From contig AP019701.1 in NCBI GenBank assembly GCA_006738865.1, positions 4,761,974 to 4,785,973 on the forward strand: a DNA stretch of 24,000 bases, in the 5' to 3' direction. Below the pieces are notes generated by a model. The model worked only from the letters and a program-made list of their open reading frames with translations, had not been told where the DNA came from and made no database searches. Origin of the DNA: Stella sp. ATCC 35155 (lineage in GTDB: Bacteria > Pseudomonadota > Alphaproteobacteria > ATCC43930 > Allostellaceae). The position numbers and the translations under genes are program-made. This document shows positions 1 to 9,585 of the stretch, in pieces (within the stretch, counting starts at the first letter, position 1; every line of letters begins with the position of its first letter).

Positions 1-168
1 CGCCTTGGGCAGGTCGACCGGGACGCCGACCGTCAGCAGCGGCGCCGTCACCATGAAGACGATCAGCAGCACCAGCATGACGTCGACGAAGGGCGTCACG
101 TTGATTTCGGACATCGGGACGTAGCGGCGGCGACCGCCACCGGTCCGCTTGAGGACGGCTCCGGCCAT
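1..168 (-). CDS. tolR: TolR/ExbD-family biopolymer transport protein, N-terminal part (3' end beyond window edge)
   Basis: Minus-strand ATG at 168-166 translates to [56 protein letters not shown]. This is the typical ExbD/TolR N-terminus: basic stretch, a single TM helix containing Asp, and a V.LP motif. It starts 4 nt after the tolQ stop. Confidence 0.85.
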   Translation of the reverse strand, partial: MAGAVLKRTGGGRRRYVPMSEINVTPFVDVMLVLLIVFMVTAPLLTVGVPVDLPKA

Positions 169-172
169 CGGA

Positions 173-898
173 TCAGCCCTTCTCGTCCATCTGGCGCGAC
201 AGGATCGCCGCGAACTCGCCGGTGAAAGCGTCGAGACGCCCGCCGTAGCGCCCGATCTCCGTCGCCAGCTTGTTGTAGGCGATGACCGCCGGGATGGCCG
301 CGACGAGGCCGAGCGCGGTCGCGAACAGGGCCTCGGCGATGCCGGGCGCGACGACCGCCAGCGAGGTGTTCTTGGAGGCCGCAATCGACTGGAAGCTGTT
401 CATGATGCCCCAAACGGTACCCAGCAGGCCGATGAACGGCGCCGTCGAGCCGACCGAAGCGAGGAACGACATGTAGCGTTCCAGACGCTCCATCTCCCGC
501 CCCGCGGCGACCCCCATGACACGCTCGATGCGCTCCTGCAGGTTGCCGCGCATCGACTCGGTCGCGATCAGCCCGCGCGCGGCCGATCGCCGCCATTCCC
601 GCATCGCCGCAGCGAACACCGTCGCCATCGGGTCAGCCGGCCGGGAGCCCACCCGGTCGTAGAGGTCGTCCAGCGACCCGCCCGACCAGAAGCTCTCCTC
701 GAACTCGCGGGCCCGTTTGTTGAGCCGGCGCAGACGCGCCCACTTGTCGAAGATGACGGCCCAGCACCACAGCGACAGCAGCAGCAGGATCAGCATCACG
801 ACCTTGACGACCGCGTCGGCCTGGAGAAACAGACTCCAGATCGACAGGTCGTGGGCGGCTCCGCCCAGGTTCATGGCGTCGACGGCACGATTCTCCAT
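173..898 (-). CDS. tolQ: TolQ (MotA/TolQ/ExbB proton-channel family)
   Basis: C-terminal 241 aa of track ORF 173..1174, starting at [13 protein letters not shown] (ATG 898-896). It contains the MotA_ExbB core ...[24 protein letters not shown]...[27 protein letters not shown]. Position is between ybgC and tolR. An alternative ATG lies at 874. Confidence 0.9.
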   Translation of the reverse strand: MENRAVDAMNLGGAAHDLSIWSLFLQADAVVKVVMLILLLLSLWCWAVIFDKWARLRRLNKRAREFEESFWSGGSLDDLYDRVGSRPADPMATVFAAAMREWRRSAARGLIATESMRGNLQERIERVMGVAAGREMERLERYMSFLASVGSTAPFIGLLGTVWGIMNSFQSIAASKNTSLAVVAPGIAEALFATALGLVAAIPAVIAYNKLATEIGRYGGRLDAFTGEFAAILSRQMDEKG

Positions 899-915
899 CG
901 GAATACGGCTCGCAT

Positions 916-1386
916 TTACAGGGTTGATTGTGGCGTCACCAAGGCTTCGAGCACGGTCCGCAACGCCGCCGGCAGCCGCGTCGCGCGCCCGTGCGCCCGG
1001 TCGATGCAGGCAAGCCGGACCGAGAGCCGCGCGAGGTCTGCGCCACCGCGCCGGACCCTCTGATCGAGGTCGAGGCGGGCCGCCCCGACGTCGACGACGC
1101 GCGAAACCACCTCGATCGCATCGTCCAGGCGTGCGGGCAGCAGATAGTCGGCAGTGCAGCGGCGCACCGCCCACAGAACCCCGGCCTCGTCCATCAGCCG
1201 GCGGTGACCGGTCCCGGCCGCGCGCATCATCTCCGTCCGCGCGCGCTCGGCGAATTTGAGGTAGTTGGCGTAGTAGACGATGCCGGCCGCGTCCGTGTCC
1301 TCGTAATAGACCCGGAGCGGCAGCACATGGGCCCCGCCGGCGATCCGGCCCTCGGACGGCAGTCCGGCGTCGGCCTCAGACACCAC
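916..1386 (-). CDS. ybgC: Tol-Pal-associated acyl-CoA thioesterase (4HBT/YbgC family)
   Basis: The translation contains [36 protein letters not shown], the YbgC hot-dog fold motif (YYEDTD..G.V.H/Y.NYL.F.E.AR). There is no ATG in range. Tandem GTG codons at 1386/1383 overlap the ruvB stop, consistent with translational coupling. The longer 189-aa track ORF would run deep into ruvB. Confidence 0.8.
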   Translation of the reverse strand: MVSEADAGLPSEGRIAGGAHVLPLRVYYEDTDAAGIVYYANYLKFAERARTEMMRAAGTGHRRLMDEAGVLWAVRRCTADYLLPARLDDAIEVVSRVVDVGAARLDLDQRVRRGGADLARLSVRLACIDRAHGRATRLPAALRTVLEALVTPQSTL

Positions 1387-2425
1387 CCGCCTCCTCACCG
1401 GCCAGGAGGTCGAACTGGGCCGCCGCGACGGCACGCGGCGGTAGCCCGAGATACTCGTAGGTCTGATTGGTGACGAGCCGCCCACGCGAGGTCCGCTGCA
1501 GGAACCCCTGCTGGATGAGGTAGGGCTCGATCACTTCCTCGATGACATCGCGCTGCTCCGACAGGGCGGCGGCCAGCGTCTCCACCCCGACCGGCCCGCC
1601 GGCATAGTTGTCGGCGATGCAGCGCAGGTAGCGCCGGTCCATGGCGTCGAGGCCGCGCGGATCGACGTCCAGCCGGCGCAGGGCGGCATCGGCCTCCGCG
1701 GCGCCGACCCGGCCGGTGCCGGCGATCTCCGCGAAGTCGCGGACGCGGCGCAGCAGGCGCCCCGCGATGCGTGGCGTCCCGCGCGAGCGGCGCGCGATCT
1801 CGTCGGCGCCGTCGGGCCCGAGGTCGAAGCCCAGGATGCGCGCGCCGCGGGCGACGATGCCGCACAGCTCGTCCGGCTGGTAGAAGTCGAGGCGCAGCGG
1901 GATGCCGAAGCGGTCGCGCAGCGGCGTCGTGATCAGCCCCGAGCGCGTCGTCGCGCCGACCAGGGTGAAGGGCGGCAGGTCGATCTTGACCGAGCGCGCC
2001 GCCGGGCCCTCGCCGATGATGAGGTCGAGCTGGAAGTCCTCCATCGCGGGATAGAGCACCTCCTCGACGGCGGGCGAGAGGCGATGGATCTCGTCGATGA
2101 AGAGGACATCGCGCGGCTGCAGGTTGGTGAGCAGGGCCGCGAGGTCGCCCGCGCGCAGGATGACGGGCCCCGAGGTGGCACGGAAGCCGACGCCGAGTTC
2201 GCGCGCGACGATCTGGGCCAGCGTCGTCTTGCCTAGGCCGGGCGGGCCGAAGAAAAGGACATGGTCCAGCGCCTCGCCGCGGCCGCGGGCGGCGTCGATG
2301 AAGACCCGCAAATTCTCCCGGACGCCGCGCTGGCCGACGAACTCCTCGAGGCTGAGGGGCCGGAAGGATGCCTCGCCAGCATCGTCCGTCTGTTGCTCCG
2401 GCGCCACCGGACGGGACCGGCTCAC
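1376..2425 (-). CDS. ruvB: Holliday junction branch-migration ATPase RuvB
   Basis: Contains Walker [14 protein letters not shown], Walker [11 protein letters not shown], and the RuvB C-terminal winged-helix region (LDAMDRRYL...[18 protein letters not shown]). The GTG start at 2425 overlaps the ruvA TGA (GTGA). The upstream part of the 614-aa track ORF is an off-frame shadow over ruvA/ruvC. Confidence 0.95.
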   Translation of the reverse strand: MSRSRPVAPEQQTDDAGEASFRPLSLEEFVGQRGVRENLRVFIDAARGRGEALDHVLFFGPPGLGKTTLAQIVARELGVGFRATSGPVILRAGDLAALLTNLQPRDVLFIDEIHRLSPAVEEVLYPAMEDFQLDLIIGEGPAARSVKIDLPPFTLVGATTRSGLITTPLRDRFGIPLRLDFYQPDELCGIVARGARILGFDLGPDGADEIARRSRGTPRIAGRLLRRVRDFAEIAGTGRVGAAEADAALRRLDVDPRGLDAMDRRYLRCIADNYAGGPVGVETLAAALSEQRDVIEEVIEPYLIQQGFLQRTSRGRLVTNQTYEYLGLPPRAVAAAQFDLLAGEEAGGV

Positions 2426-3036
2426 GAGGCGAGCTCCGCCAGGCCGGCGCGGATCAGGGCCTCGATCGGAGCGTCGGCGCCGAGCCGGCGCTGCGCCCCG
2501 GCGACGGCGCCGAAGGCGTCGATGCGCCGGTAGCCGAGGTTGACGAGGGCGGAGATCGCATCGTCCGCGACGCCGCCGGCCACGGCCGCCGGCGCGCTGC
2601 CGCGCCCGCCGTCGAGCGGCGCCACCGTCGCGATGCCGCCGACCTTGTCCTTCAGTTCGTTGGCGATGCGGGCGGCGAGCTTGGCACCGACGCCGTCCGC
2701 CCGGGCGAGCGCGGCCTTGTCCTGCAGCGCGATCGCCGCCGTCAGCTCCGCGGCCGTCAGCGCCGACTGGATGGCCAGCGCGAGGCGGGCGCCGACGCCC
2801 TGCACCGTCGTCAGCAGCCGGAACCAGTCGCGGTCGGCGGCGTCGAGGAAGCCGTAGAGATGGATGTGGTCTTCGCGGACATGGGTGATGACCGCGAGGC
2901 TGACCGGCTGCCCCGGCGCCGGCAGGCGACCGAGCGTCCGGCCGGAGCAGTAGGCGATGTATCCCACCCCGCCGACATCGACGACGCAGCCGTCCGCGTC
3001 GACCGAGTCGAGAACGCCCGACAGCTTGGCGATCAC
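2422..3036 (-). CDS. ruvA: Holliday junction DNA helicase subunit RuvA
   Basis: [12 protein letters not shown]....VVDVGGVGY...HIHLYGF....R.WF..L..VQGVGA+LALAI is the canonical RuvA N-terminus and HhH region. 204 aa. Its start overlaps the ruvC stop by 4 nt. Confidence 0.95.
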   Translation of the reverse strand: MIAKLSGVLDSVDADGCVVDVGGVGYIAYCSGRTLGRLPAPGQPVSLAVITHVREDHIHLYGFLDAADRDWFRLLTTVQGVGARLALAIQSALTAAELTAAIALQDKAALARADGVGAKLAARIANELKDKVGGIATVAPLDGGRGSAPAAVAGGVADDAISALVNLGYRRIDAFGAVAGAQRRLGADAPIEALIRAGLAELAS

Positions 3037-3581
3037 GGGCGAGCCCCGGCGGCTGGGCGCCGACCGATCCCGTCGGCCGGCCGCATCCAGGCGCGCTGCG
3101 TCGCGCGGTGATGGGCGTGGCAGATGGCGACGGCGAGCGCGTCGGCGGCGTCCGAGCGCGCTGGCAGCGCGCCGGGCAGCAGGCGCCGCACCATCGTCTC
3201 GACCTGGACCTTGTCCGCATGGCCGGCGCCGACGACCGACTTCTTGATGAGGTTGGCCGAATATTCGTGGACCGCCAGGCCGCGCTCGGCCGGCGCCAGC
3301 AGCGCGATGCCGCGGGCGACGCCGAGCTTCAGGGTCGAGGCCGGGTTCTTGTTGACGAAGGTCTCCTCGACCGCGGCCTCGGTCGGCGCGAACTCCGCGA
3401 TGACGGCGACGAGGCCGCGATAGAGCTCGACCAGGCGCTCGGCCAGCGGCAGGCGCTCGTTCGACGACACGGTCCCGTCGGCGACATGGATCAGCCGGCT
3501 TCCCGCCACGTCGACGATGCCCCAGCCGGTGTGCCGCAACCCCGGATCGAGCCCGAGCAGGCGTGCCCGGTCCGGAACCAA
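3033..3581 (-). CDS. ruvC: Crossover junction endodeoxyribonuclease RuvC
   Basis: [15 protein letters not shown]...[20 protein letters not shown]...KKSV.G.G.A.K.QV..MV..LL......[13 protein letters not shown] are RuvC catalytic and signature motifs. It lies immediately downstream of yebC. Confidence 0.95.
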   Translation of the reverse strand: MVPDRARLLGLDPGLRHTGWGIVDVAGSRLIHVADGTVSSNERLPLAERLVELYRGLVAVIAEFAPTEAAVEETFVNKNPASTLKLGVARGIALLAPAERGLAVHEYSANLIKKSVVGAGHADKVQVETMVRRLLPGALPARSDAADALAVAICHAHHRATQRAWMRPADGIGRRPAAGARP

Positions 3582-3582
3582 G

Positions 3583-4332
3583 TCAGGCGTCCGCGCGGCT
3601 CATGGCCGCCTCGCTCGCCTCGAAATTGGCGTGCACGTTCTGCACGTCGTCATTGTCTTCCAGCGTGTCGAGCAGCTTGAACAGGGTCTCGGCGGTATCG
3701 TCGTCGACCGGCGTCACCGTGCGCGGCCGCCAGGCGAAGGAGGCGCCCTGCGCGGCGCCCAGCTTCTCCTCCAGCGCCTCGCGGACCTGGTTCAGGCTCT
3801 CGGGCGCGCACAGGATCTCGTGACCCGCGTCGTCCGACTGGACGTCGTCGGCACCCGCCTCGACCGCCATCTCGAAGATCGTGTCGGCGTCTCCCGCTTC
3901 GGCGGGATAGCGGACCGAGCCGAGGCGGTCGAAGAGGAAGCCGACGCTGTTGGTCTCACCGAGCGCCCCGCCATGCTTGGTGAAGGCGGAGCGCACCTCG
4001 GCGGCAGTGCGGTTGCGATTGTCGGTCAGGGCCTCGACGATGACGGCGACGCCGCCCGGCCCGTAGCCCTCGTACCGCACTTCCTCGTAGTTGGCGCCAT
4101 CCTCGCCGCCGGCGCCGCGCTTGATCGCCCGGTCGATCGTATCCTTCGGCATGTTCGCGTCGCGGGCGGCGAGGACGGCCGCGCGCAGGCGCGGGTTGGC
4201 CGCCGGGTCGGGAAGGCCCGAACGCGCGGCCACCGTCAGCTCCCGGATGATCTTGGTGAAGATCTTGCCGCGCTTCTTATCCTGGGCACCCTTGCGGTGC
4301 ATGATGTTCTTGAATTGGGAATGGCCCGCCAT
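3583..4332 (-). CDS. yebC: YebC/PmpR-family DNA-binding transcriptional regulator
   Basis: [45 protein letters not shown] is the near-invariant N-terminus of the YebC/TACO1 family. 249 aa. The yebC-ruvCAB arrangement is classical. Confidence 0.95.
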   Translation of the reverse strand: MAGHSQFKNIMHRKGAQDKKRGKIFTKIIRELTVAARSGLPDPAANPRLRAAVLAARDANMPKDTIDRAIKRGAGGEDGANYEEVRYEGYGPGGVAVIVEALTDNRNRTAAEVRSAFTKHGGALGETNSVGFLFDRLGSVRYPAEAGDADTIFEMAVEAGADDVQSDDAGHEILCAPESLNQVREALEEKLGAAQGASFAWRPRTVTPVDDDTAETLFKLLDTLEDNDDVQNVHANFEASEAAMSRADA

Positions 4333-4516
4333 GACGCTCTTCTAACTCGGGGATGCAGCGCCCGCGTGTATACCAGATGTGGTGTTGAACGCCCAGATTC
4401 CGCGGGTTTCTAAGTACGGTTTATGGCTGAATTGAGGCGCCCGCCGATTGCATCCGGCCCGACCTGCGCTAGCATCCTCGCCCCTGCCCTCCTCCTCCAG
4501 ACCGGGAACTTGGCCG
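4333..4516. promoter_or_regulatory. Divergent intergenic control region (yebC-ruv-tol operon leftward, amidase rightward)
   Basis: Both flanking genes start here and diverge. It includes the locally least GC-rich stretch (gtgtataccagatgtggtgttgaac...tttctaagtacggtttatggctgaattgagg). No individual -35/-10 pair could be assigned with confidence. Confidence 0.4.
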
Positions 4517-5950
4517 ATGACGACGACCGACGACGCGCTCGAACTCGATGCCATCGGCCAGGCCGAACTCGTCCGGCGGAAGCAGGTATCCGCGGCCGAG
4601 CTGGTGGAGGCCGCGATCGCCCGCATCGAACGGGTGAACCCGAAGGTCAACGCGGTCGTCATCGAGACGTTCGAGCGTGCCCGGGAAGCCGCCCGAGCGC
4701 CGTTCGAAGGCCCCTTCTCGGGCGTGCCGTTCCTGCTCAAGGACATCGCCTGCGAGGAGGCCGGCGTGCCCCTGCGCAGCGCCAGCCGCTTCGGCGACGA
4801 CGTCGCGCCGGCCGCCGACAACGAACTGGTGCGGCGCTATCGCGCGGCGGGCCTCGTCTTCCTCGGCCACACCAACGCGCCCGAACTCGGCATCGGGCCG
4901 ACCACGGAGCCCCTGCTCTACGGGCCCGCCCGCAACCCGTGGGATCCCCAGCGCTCGACCGGCGGCTCCAGCGGCGGCGCCGCGGCGGCCGTCGCGACCG
5001 GGATGGTCGCCGCCGCCCACGGCAACGACGCCGGCGGCTCGATTCGCATTCCCGCCGCCTGCTGCGGCCTGTTCGGGATGAAGCCGACGCGGGCGCGCAA
5101 TCCCGTCGCGCCGAACTTCGGCGACATCATCGTCGGCATCGCCCAGGACCATGTGCTGACCCGCAGCGTCCGCGACAGCGCCGCCCTTCTGGACGTGACC
5201 GCCGGGCCGACCCTGGGCGACCCGTACTGGGCGCCGCCCGTCGCCCGTCCCTACGCCGAGGAGGCGCGGACCGAGCCGCGCCGGCTGCGCATCGCCTTCT
5301 CGACCGTCTCCCCCATCGGCACGCCGATCGATCCCGACTGCGTCCGCGTCACGGTCGAGACGGCAAAGCTGCTCGAATCCCTCGGCCATATCGTCGAGGA
5401 AGCCGCCCCTGAAGTGGACGGCGAGGCATTCTGGCGCGCCTTCACGACGGTCATCGCCGCCGGAGTCGGCTGGGCGCTGGCGGGGCTGGAGCGCCGGCTC
5501 GGCCGGGAGGCGACGCCCGACGACCTCGAACCCTTCGTCTGGGGCTTCACGCGCCGCGCGCGGGAACAGACGGCGCCGCAGTTCCTGCTCGCATTGCAGG
5601 ACATGCAGCGCCATTCGCGCGAGATGGCCGGGTTCTTCGTCGAGCACGACCTGTGGCTCACCCCCGCCCTCGGATCGCCGCCCCTGCCGCTCGGGACGTT
5701 CAAGCTGCAACAGGGCGGCGACGCCATGGCGCTGCGGCGCCAGATGAACGTCTTCACGCCCTTCACCTGGATGTCGAACGCCTCCGGCCAGCCGGCGATG
5801 TCGGTCCCCAGCGGCTGGACCGAAGCCGGCCTGCCGCTCGCCACCCATTTCGTCGGCCGGTTCGGCGACGAGGCGACGCTGTTCCGCATCGCCGCGCAGA
5901 TCGAGGCCACCCGCCCCTGGATCGGCCGCAAGCCGCCGATCCACGCCTGA
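4517..5950 (+). CDS. Amidase-signature (AS) family amidase
   Basis: Shows the AS hallmarks: catalytic Lys context PFLLKDI, the GGSSGG motif ([16 protein letters not shown]), and [22 protein letters not shown] at 4517 gives [29 protein letters not shown], a typical N-terminus. An in-frame upstream ATG at 4448 is possible but less likely. Confidence 0.9.
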   Translation: MTTTDDALELDAIGQAELVRRKQVSAAELVEAAIARIERVNPKVNAVVIETFERAREAARAPFEGPFSGVPFLLKDIACEEAGVPLRSASRFGDDVAPAADNELVRRYRAAGLVFLGHTNAPELGIGPTTEPLLYGPARNPWDPQRSTGGSSGGAAAAVATGMVAAAHGNDAGGSIRIPAACCGLFGMKPTRARNPVAPNFGDIIVGIAQDHVLTRSVRDSAALLDVTAGPTLGDPYWAPPVARPYAEEARTEPRRLRIAFSTVSPIGTPIDPDCVRVTVETAKLLESLGHIVEEAAPEVDGEAFWRAFTTVIAAGVGWALAGLERRLGREATPDDLEPFVWGFTRRAREQTAPQFLLALQDMQRHSREMAGFFVEHDLWLTPALGSPPLPLGTFKLQQGGDAMALRRQMNVFTPFTWMSNASGQPAMSVPSGWTEAGLPLATHFVGRFGDEATLFRIAAQIEATRPWIGRKPPIHA

Positions 5951-5959
5951 GCCGACGGG

Positions 5960-6310
5960 CTATCGCGGTACGAGGGCCGTCGGCGCGACGATCCGGGCCA
6001 GCGGGCGCAGCCAGCGCGCCCGCCAGGTCAGGGTCGCCGTCACGGCGAACGCGACGGCCATCAGCAGGCACGACCAGAGCAGCGCGCCGAAGCCCGCACC
6101 GTCCCGCGCCAGCAGGACCGCCAGCGACGCCGCCAGAAGGCCGTATCCGGCGATGCGGACCCGCACCACGGTCGGGCGCCCGAGCGAGCGGGCGCCGCCG
6201 ATCCCGCGCCAATGCCGATCCTGGCTCAGCGCCAGCAGCGCCAGCCCGAGATAGAGGGCGACGATCGACGCCGGCAACAGGGGAGCCGTCCACGCGTCTT
6301 CTGGCCACAT
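5960..6310 (-). CDS. Small integral membrane protein, DUF3325-like
   Basis: Three or four hydrophobic helices. The pattern LGLALLALSQDRHWRGI.G......R.AGYGLLAASLA.......G.G.LLW..LL........TWRARWL matches my recollection of DUF3325 proteins (..ALA..RHHR.. motif). The start is taken at ATG 6310 (MWPEDAW); the track ORF extends to 6370. Confidence 0.6.
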   Translation of the reverse strand: MWPEDAWTAPLLPASIVALYLGLALLALSQDRHWRGIGGARSLGRPTVVRVRIAGYGLLAASLAVLLARDGAGFGALLWSCLLMAVAFAVTATLTWRARWLRPLARIVAPTALVPR

Positions 6311-6424
6311 GTCTTGGTTCCGCAGCGGTTCGATCCGGGGATCAGGCCTTCGGCCCGATCTGCGAATCATTCTTAAATATTCTGCCGCTCGCTTCCGTCG
6401 CCCGCAATGCCCGGACCTGTCTGG

Positions 6425-7231
6425 TCACATCGCCAATTTGCGCCCTACGGCCTTGAAGAAGGTGTAGCAGAAGGTGCCGTCCGGGGCGGCCGTGCGCCGG
6501 AGGTCGGCAATGCCGGCATCGAAGCGTTCCGCGCGGATGCTGGCCGAGGCCAGCGCGCGGTCCCGCGCGCCCGCGATCATCGCCGTGAAGGTGCGGCGGG
6601 TGAAACCCTCGGCGAGGTCCGGGCGGGCGCCGTCGACATAGACCAGTCGCGGCGACACCGCGATCTCCTCCAGCCCGGCCGAGCCGAGCAACGGGTAGAG
6701 CCGGCGGCCGATCATCGGGTCGCCACCCGCCGCGCGCTGCAGGGCGACCAGCGCAGCGATGGCATCGCGCGCGGCCGCGCTCTCCAGATGGAACAGGATC
6801 GAGCCGTGGTCGCCCTCGATCACCGTCAGCGACCCGCCCGGCCGCAGCGCCCGCAGGATCTCGGCAAGCGTGCGCTCCGGCTGCGCCAGGTGCTCCAGCA
6901 GGAAGCAGACGAACGCATGGTCGAAGGCACCGTCGGCGAAGGGAAGCTGCGCCGCATCCGCCTGGTGGAATTCCAGGTTCGCCAGCCCGGCCGTCGCCGA
7001 CCGTGCCGCGGCGATCGCGGCGGCGGAGCGGTCGACCGCGGTGATCGCCATGCCCGGGTTGCGGCGAGCCAGGGCCACGGTCTGTGCGCCGACGCCGCAG
7101 CCGACTTCGAGCACGCGGGCGCCCGCCGGGTAGACCGTGTCCGAATGCAGCAGGGCTTCCAGCGTCCGCGCCTGACCGTCGAGGCGCGCACGCTCTGTAG
7201 CAGCGTAGCCGTGGACGTAATCCGATCCCAT
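6425..7231 (-). CDS. Class I SAM-dependent methyltransferase
   Basis: SAM motif I is VLEVGCGVGAQT. Post-I is AVDRS, motif II is FDHAFVCFLLEHL, and motif III is LRPGGSLTV. 268 aa. Substrate unknown. Confidence 0.85.
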   Translation of the reverse strand: MGSDYVHGYAATERARLDGQARTLEALLHSDTVYPAGARVLEVGCGVGAQTVALARRNPGMAITAVDRSAAAIAAARSATAGLANLEFHQADAAQLPFADGAFDHAFVCFLLEHLAQPERTLAEILRALRPGGSLTVIEGDHGSILFHLESAAARDAIAALVALQRAAGGDPMIGRRLYPLLGSAGLEEIAVSPRLVYVDGARPDLAEGFTRRTFTAMIAGARDRALASASIRAERFDAGIADLRRTAAPDGTFCYTFFKAVGRKLAM

Positions 7232-7314
7232 GGAACCTCCGGAGATGCCGTTCGGACCGGAGATCGCCCAGGCAGGGGCACCGGGTCTTGAACGATATTG
7301 CGCCGCCCTGCGGA

Positions 7315-8118
7315 TCAGGCGACGGCGGCCCGGTAGCGTGCGGGCGTAACGCCGAAACGGCGGGCGAAGGCACGCGTCAGGTGGCTCTGGTCGGCAAAGC
7401 CGGCTGCCGCCGCGGCCGCGGCCGGGGTCTGGCCACCGGCGAGCAGACGCCGGGCGAGATGTACCCGCCGGTCGATGCGGTAGGCATGCGGCGTCACCCC
7501 CATCTCCCGCGCGAATGCCCGCACCAGGCCGAAGCGGCCGGTGCCGCAGACCCGCGCGAGCTCGGTCAGGGGCATCGGTTCCTCGGGCGCGGCATCGATG
7601 CGCGCGACGGCCCGCCGCACGTCGGGTGCCGCCGGCGACCGGCCCGGCCGGCGCGAGCCATGCCGGCGCAGCGTGCAGGCCAAGGTCGCGACCAGCGCCT
7701 CCTCGGCCGCATCGGCCGGGCCGGGCGGCGCGGTCGCGAGCCGGAACAGCCGCAGCGTCAGGCGGGCCAGGGGCGGATCGGTAAAAGCCGGCCGCGCGAT
7801 CTCCATGGCCGGCATGTCCTCCTCGGCGGCAATCGCCGCGACGAGGGCGGGAGCGAAGTAGAGTGTCCGCCAGCCGCGCGCCCGGCCCGCGACGGGGGCG
7901 CCGTCATGCACCTCTCCCGGATTGACGGAGACGAGCGCGCCGGGCTCGGCCTCCACGGCCCCCAGTCCACTCCAGGAGCGGTGGGCCCCGAACACCAGGA
8001 CGCCGATGCCGAAATGATCGTGCGAATGCCGCGCGAGGCTGCGGTCGGAGACGATCGACACCGCCTCGACCCTGGCCAGGACGACGCGGTGCTGGGTCGC
8101 GCGATGGATACCCGCCAT
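7315..8118 (-). CDS. AraC-family transcriptional regulator (N-terminal cupin-type sensor plus C-terminal HTH)
   Basis: The N-terminus HSHDHFGIGVLVFG......G......PGALVSVNPGEVHDG is an AraC-binding cupin. The C-terminus L.ELARV.G...F.L.RAF....G.TPHAY....R...AR.LL..G......A....GFADQSHLTR.F.R.FG.TPA.YR is the AraC HTH signature. Confidence 0.85.
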   Translation of the reverse strand: MAGIHRATQHRVVLARVEAVSIVSDRSLARHSHDHFGIGVLVFGAHRSWSGLGAVEAEPGALVSVNPGEVHDGAPVAGRARGWRTLYFAPALVAAIAAEEDMPAMEIARPAFTDPPLARLTLRLFRLATAPPGPADAAEEALVATLACTLRRHGSRRPGRSPAAPDVRRAVARIDAAPEEPMPLTELARVCGTGRFGLVRAFAREMGVTPHAYRIDRRVHLARRLLAGGQTPAAAAAAAGFADQSHLTRAFARRFGVTPARYRAAVA

Positions 8119-8129
8119 GGTCGGCCGGC

Positions 8130-8945
8130 TCAGTCCGGCGGACGCGCCTCGGCGAGCCGCCCGCCCAGCCGGACCGGTGCAACCTGCAGCGCAAGGCCGG
8201 TCGCATCGTCGGTCTCGACGAACACGCCGCAGAGCGTGCCCTCGCCCTCGGCCGGCGACAGCCGTTCGCCCGGCACCTTGCGGACGAAGCGCGCGACGGC
8301 GGGTTCCTTCTTCATGCCGATGACCGAATCATAGTCGCCGCACATGCCCGCATCCGTCTGATAGGCGGTGCCGCCGGCGAGGATCCGCGCGTCGGCCGTC
8401 GGGACGTGCGAGTGGCTGCCGAACACGGCCGATACCCGGCCGTCGAGATGATGGCCCATCGCCATCTTCTCGCTCGTCGCCTCGCCATGGATGTCGACCA
8501 GGATCGCCGCCGCACCGTCGCCCAGGCGATGCGCCTGCACGGCGGCCTCGGCGGCGGCAAAGGGGCAGTCGAGCGCATCCATGAAGAGGCGCGCCATCAG
8601 GTTGACGACGACCACCTGCCGCCCATCGGCGAGCGCGAAGGCATGGGCGCCCTCGCCCGGCGTTCCGGCCGGATAGTTCGCGGGCCGCAGCAGGCGCGGC
8701 TCGGACGCCAGGGTCGAGACGATCTCGCGCTTGTCGAAGAGATGGTTGCCCGTCGTCACGGCATCGACGCCGGCGGCGAAGAACTCGCGGCAGATCGCCT
8801 CGGTGATGCCGAAGCCGGCCGCCGCGTTCTCGCCGTTGACCGCCACGAAATCGATGCCGTGGCGGCGGCGCAGGGCCGGCATCCGGCTGGTGACGGCCTC
8901 GCGGCCGGAGCGGCCGACGACATCGCCGCAGAAAAGCAGTCGCAT
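8130..8945 (-). CDS. ymdB: YmdB-like metallophosphoesterase (TIGR00282-type, 2',3'-cyclic-nucleotide phosphodiesterase family)
   Basis: MRLLFCGDVVGRSGREAV......L+.....DFVAVNGENAA.G.GIT......F...GVDA.T.GNH.....E ... VDIHGEATSEKMAMGHHLDGRVSAV.G.HSHVPTAD..IL.GGTAYQTDAGM.G.YDSVIG is the characteristic motif set of this family. Confidence 0.9.
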   Translation of the reverse strand: MRLLFCGDVVGRSGREAVTSRMPALRRRHGIDFVAVNGENAAAGFGITEAICREFFAAGVDAVTTGNHLFDKREIVSTLASEPRLLRPANYPAGTPGEGAHAFALADGRQVVVVNLMARLFMDALDCPFAAAEAAVQAHRLGDGAAAILVDIHGEATSEKMAMGHHLDGRVSAVFGSHSHVPTADARILAGGTAYQTDAGMCGDYDSVIGMKKEPAVARFVRKVPGERLSPAEGEGTLCGVFVETDDATGLALQVAPVRLGGRLAEARPPD

Positions 8946-8952
8946 CGCCGCC

Positions 8953-9585
8953 TCAGGCCCGGTCGAACCGCCGGAACGCGGCCTCGGTCACGACCGCATC
9001 GAGGCATGCGTCCGTCAGCCCGGCCGGCACCCGCGCGCTGCGCTGGCCCTCATAGGCCACGCCGATCGCGACGATCGGGCGCCGTGCGCGCAGGCCAGCC
9101 AATGTCCGGTCGTAGAAGCCGCCGCCATAGCCCATGCGGCGCCCCGCCTCGTCGAAGGCCAGCAGGGGCACCAGCAGCAGGTCGGGTTCGATCGTCGGCG
9201 CATCCGGTCCCGGCTCCAGCAGGCCGAACGGCCGCGCGACCAGGGGATCGCCCGCCCGCCAGACGCGGAAGGACAGCGGCAGGCCGCGCCGCGGGGTGAC
9301 CGGCAGGCAGAGGGTGCGCCCGGCGGCGGCAAGCCGCGCCATCAGCGGGCGCGGGTCGATCTCGTCGCCGATGGGATGAAAGCCGGAGATGACGGGGCCG
9401 ATCCCGGCGAGCGGCATCGCGGCAAGAAAGTGATCGGCCAGCCGGGCCCCGCTGTCGCCCGGCGCGGCAGCGGCCACGGCGGCACGCCCCGCGATCGCGG
9501 CCGCACGGAAAGCGGCCTTCTCGCGCAGAAGGCCGTCGTCACGGTCGGAAAGGGAAGTGGACGGTGCCGCCTCGGCCGTTGGCAT
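8953..9585 (-). CDS. ygfA: 5-formyltetrahydrofolate cyclo-ligase (MTHFS, YgfA/Fau family)
   Basis: C-terminal motifs DLLLVPLLAFDEAGRRMGYGGGFYDRTL and D..LDAVVTE. The only canonical start is ATG 9585 (MPTAEAAP..); the longer track ORF to 9753 crosses the structured RNA region. Conserved position downstream of zapA and the 6S RNA. Confidence 0.85.
   Translation of the reverse strand: MPTAEAAPSTSLSDRDDGLLREKAAFRAAAIAGRAAVAAAAPGDSGARLADHFLAAMPLAGIGPVISGFHPIGDEIDPRPLMARLAAAGRTLCLPVTPRRGLPLSFRVWRAGDPLVARPFGLLEPGPDAPTIEPDLLLVPLLAFDEAGRRMGYGGGFYDRTLAGLRARRPIVAIGVAYEGQRSARVPAGLTDACLDAVVTEAAFRRFDRA

Noticed and set aside
1376-3220. 614-aa version of RuvB with a long N-terminal extension
   Set aside because: The extension overlaps ruvA and ruvC in a different frame and is Arg/Pro-rich nonsense. 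A GTG at 2425 overlapping the ruvA stop gives a normal-length RuvB (349 aa).
4333-4516. Alphaproteobacterial SOS box (GTTC-N7-GTTC / GAAC-N7-GAAC) upstream of the yebC-ruvCAB operon
   Set aside because: The closest string is GAACgcccagaTTCC, which lacks the second half-site. No convincing LexA site was seen.
6325-6340. tRNA-like T-loop string GCGGTTCGATCCGGGG
   Set aside because: The flanking bases do not form a T-stem, and no acceptor, D or anticodon arms can be drawn around it. I saw no tRNA, rRNA or tmRNA gene anywhere in the window.
6340-6360. Hairpin GATCAGGC-cttcg-GCCCGATC as an intrinsic terminator for the methyltransferase gene
   Set aside because: The stem has an A/C mismatch. On the minus strand it is followed by CCCGG rather than a U tract. 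On the plus strand, where a T-rich run does follow, there is no upstream gene to terminate. It is kept only as context in the DUF3325 finding.
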